Source: Geosiphon pyriformis uo1 (Eukaryota; Fungi; Glomeromycota). Taken from it: a DNA stretch of 64,000 nt. The stretch lies in contig JAAOMT010000151.1 in NCBI GenBank assembly GCA_016748015.1, positions 62,001 through 126,000 on the forward strand. Direction: 5' to 3'. A program made the translations under genes and the position numbers. Positions 63,235 through 64,000 of this stretch are shown piece by piece; position 1 is the stretch's first letter, and each line of letters opens with the position of its first letter. Under the pieces are notes generated by a model. It made no database searches and had not been told where the DNA came from. It worked only from the letters and a program-made list of their open reading frames with translations.

Positions 63235-63825
63235 ATTTACGGAAAGTAATTTTTGTTAAAAAATCGGGTTTTATCAAAAAAATTTTCAGGTGATCATCGA
63301 GAAAGTGAAGTTTTAATAGGATATAAGATTATATAATAAAATAAATTTATTTTTTTATTATATTTTTTAATACAATAAACTTAATAATTTGCAAGATTAA
63401 TATTTTTGTTGTATATAGATAAATTATTAATACATATGAAATTAGCATTTGTAAAATAATTATATTAACAATTTATATAAAAATATTATGTATTTAATAA
63501 TTAATTGTAAAAACAATTTATATTAAATTAAATAAAAATAAGAATAAATCTCTTTTTTTCTTTTGTATTTTTATAACTGTAATTAAAACAAAGAGTAAAA
63601 AAGTTGTAATCTTTTTATTTTTTAAAGCACTTAATAATATTTTTATTAGTAAAGCATTTACAACTGTTGAAACTGCTTAATAAAACTTTGTAAAAGTGTT
63701 TTTTTTTAAGTAAATTAGTATTAGACCAGTCTTTTATTGGTTTTAAAGTACTATTTTTGGTTTTAAATAAAAGTTTTTTTTTTAAATTTACTTTTAAATA
63801 ATTAACTAAGATTAGTTTTAATGTA

Positions 63826-63876
<51 letters not shown>
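63826..63876. repeat. (ATT)17 microsatellite
   Basis: Direct reading. Confidence 0.95.
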
Positions 63877-63879
<3 letters not shown>

Positions 63880-64000
63880 GAATTCTAAAATCTTTAACAA
63901 CAAATTAATAGCAAAACTACTTTTTTCTTTTATTACTTTATTTATATATTGCTTAAATAACTAAAAAAACCAAAAAAGTAAAAAAACAATCTTTTATTTT

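Noticed and set aside
62843-63277. Listed ORFs 62843-63277, 62638-62865 and 62115-62789 as separate genes
   Set aside because: They are exon/intron read-throughs of the single 4-exon FAM192A-family gene.

Overview
Very AT-rich eukaryotic DNA, about 90% of it a nested graveyard of retrotransposons. The repeat families and intron style resemble Glomeromycotina/Mucoromycota fungi (inference). Four groups of features resolve. (i) Ty3/Gypsy family A (+ strand, ~0.63-0.74 kb LTRs, 4-bp TSDs): full-length decayed copies A1 1946-9737 and A2 17308-30855, a solo LTR 15553-16231, and a 5'-truncated copy A3 31181-34562 sitting in an older LTR. (ii) Ty3/Gypsy family B (- strand, ~0.97 kb LTRs), with a dUTPase and a Cys-rich insert between protease and RT: full-length B2 47421-57218 and internally deleted B1 24786-30703. 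(iii) RNase H-bearing LINEs (ORF1 RRM+CCHC; ORF2 APE-RT-RNaseH-CCHC): X (-; ~1-31180, heavily interrupted), a Y fragment (+), Z1 (-; 36334-43045) and Z2 (+; 43551-60207). (iv) One intact 4-exon host gene of the FAM192A/PSME3IP1/Fyv6 family (62115-63234, -). Most notable: both Gypsy families carry an apparently homologous, non-env third ORF that runs through the PPT into the 3' LTR. Also notable are a U-UUA-AAC -1 frameshift signal between gag and pol in family A, and repeat decay dominated by C>T/G>A changes with an apparent TpC bias.
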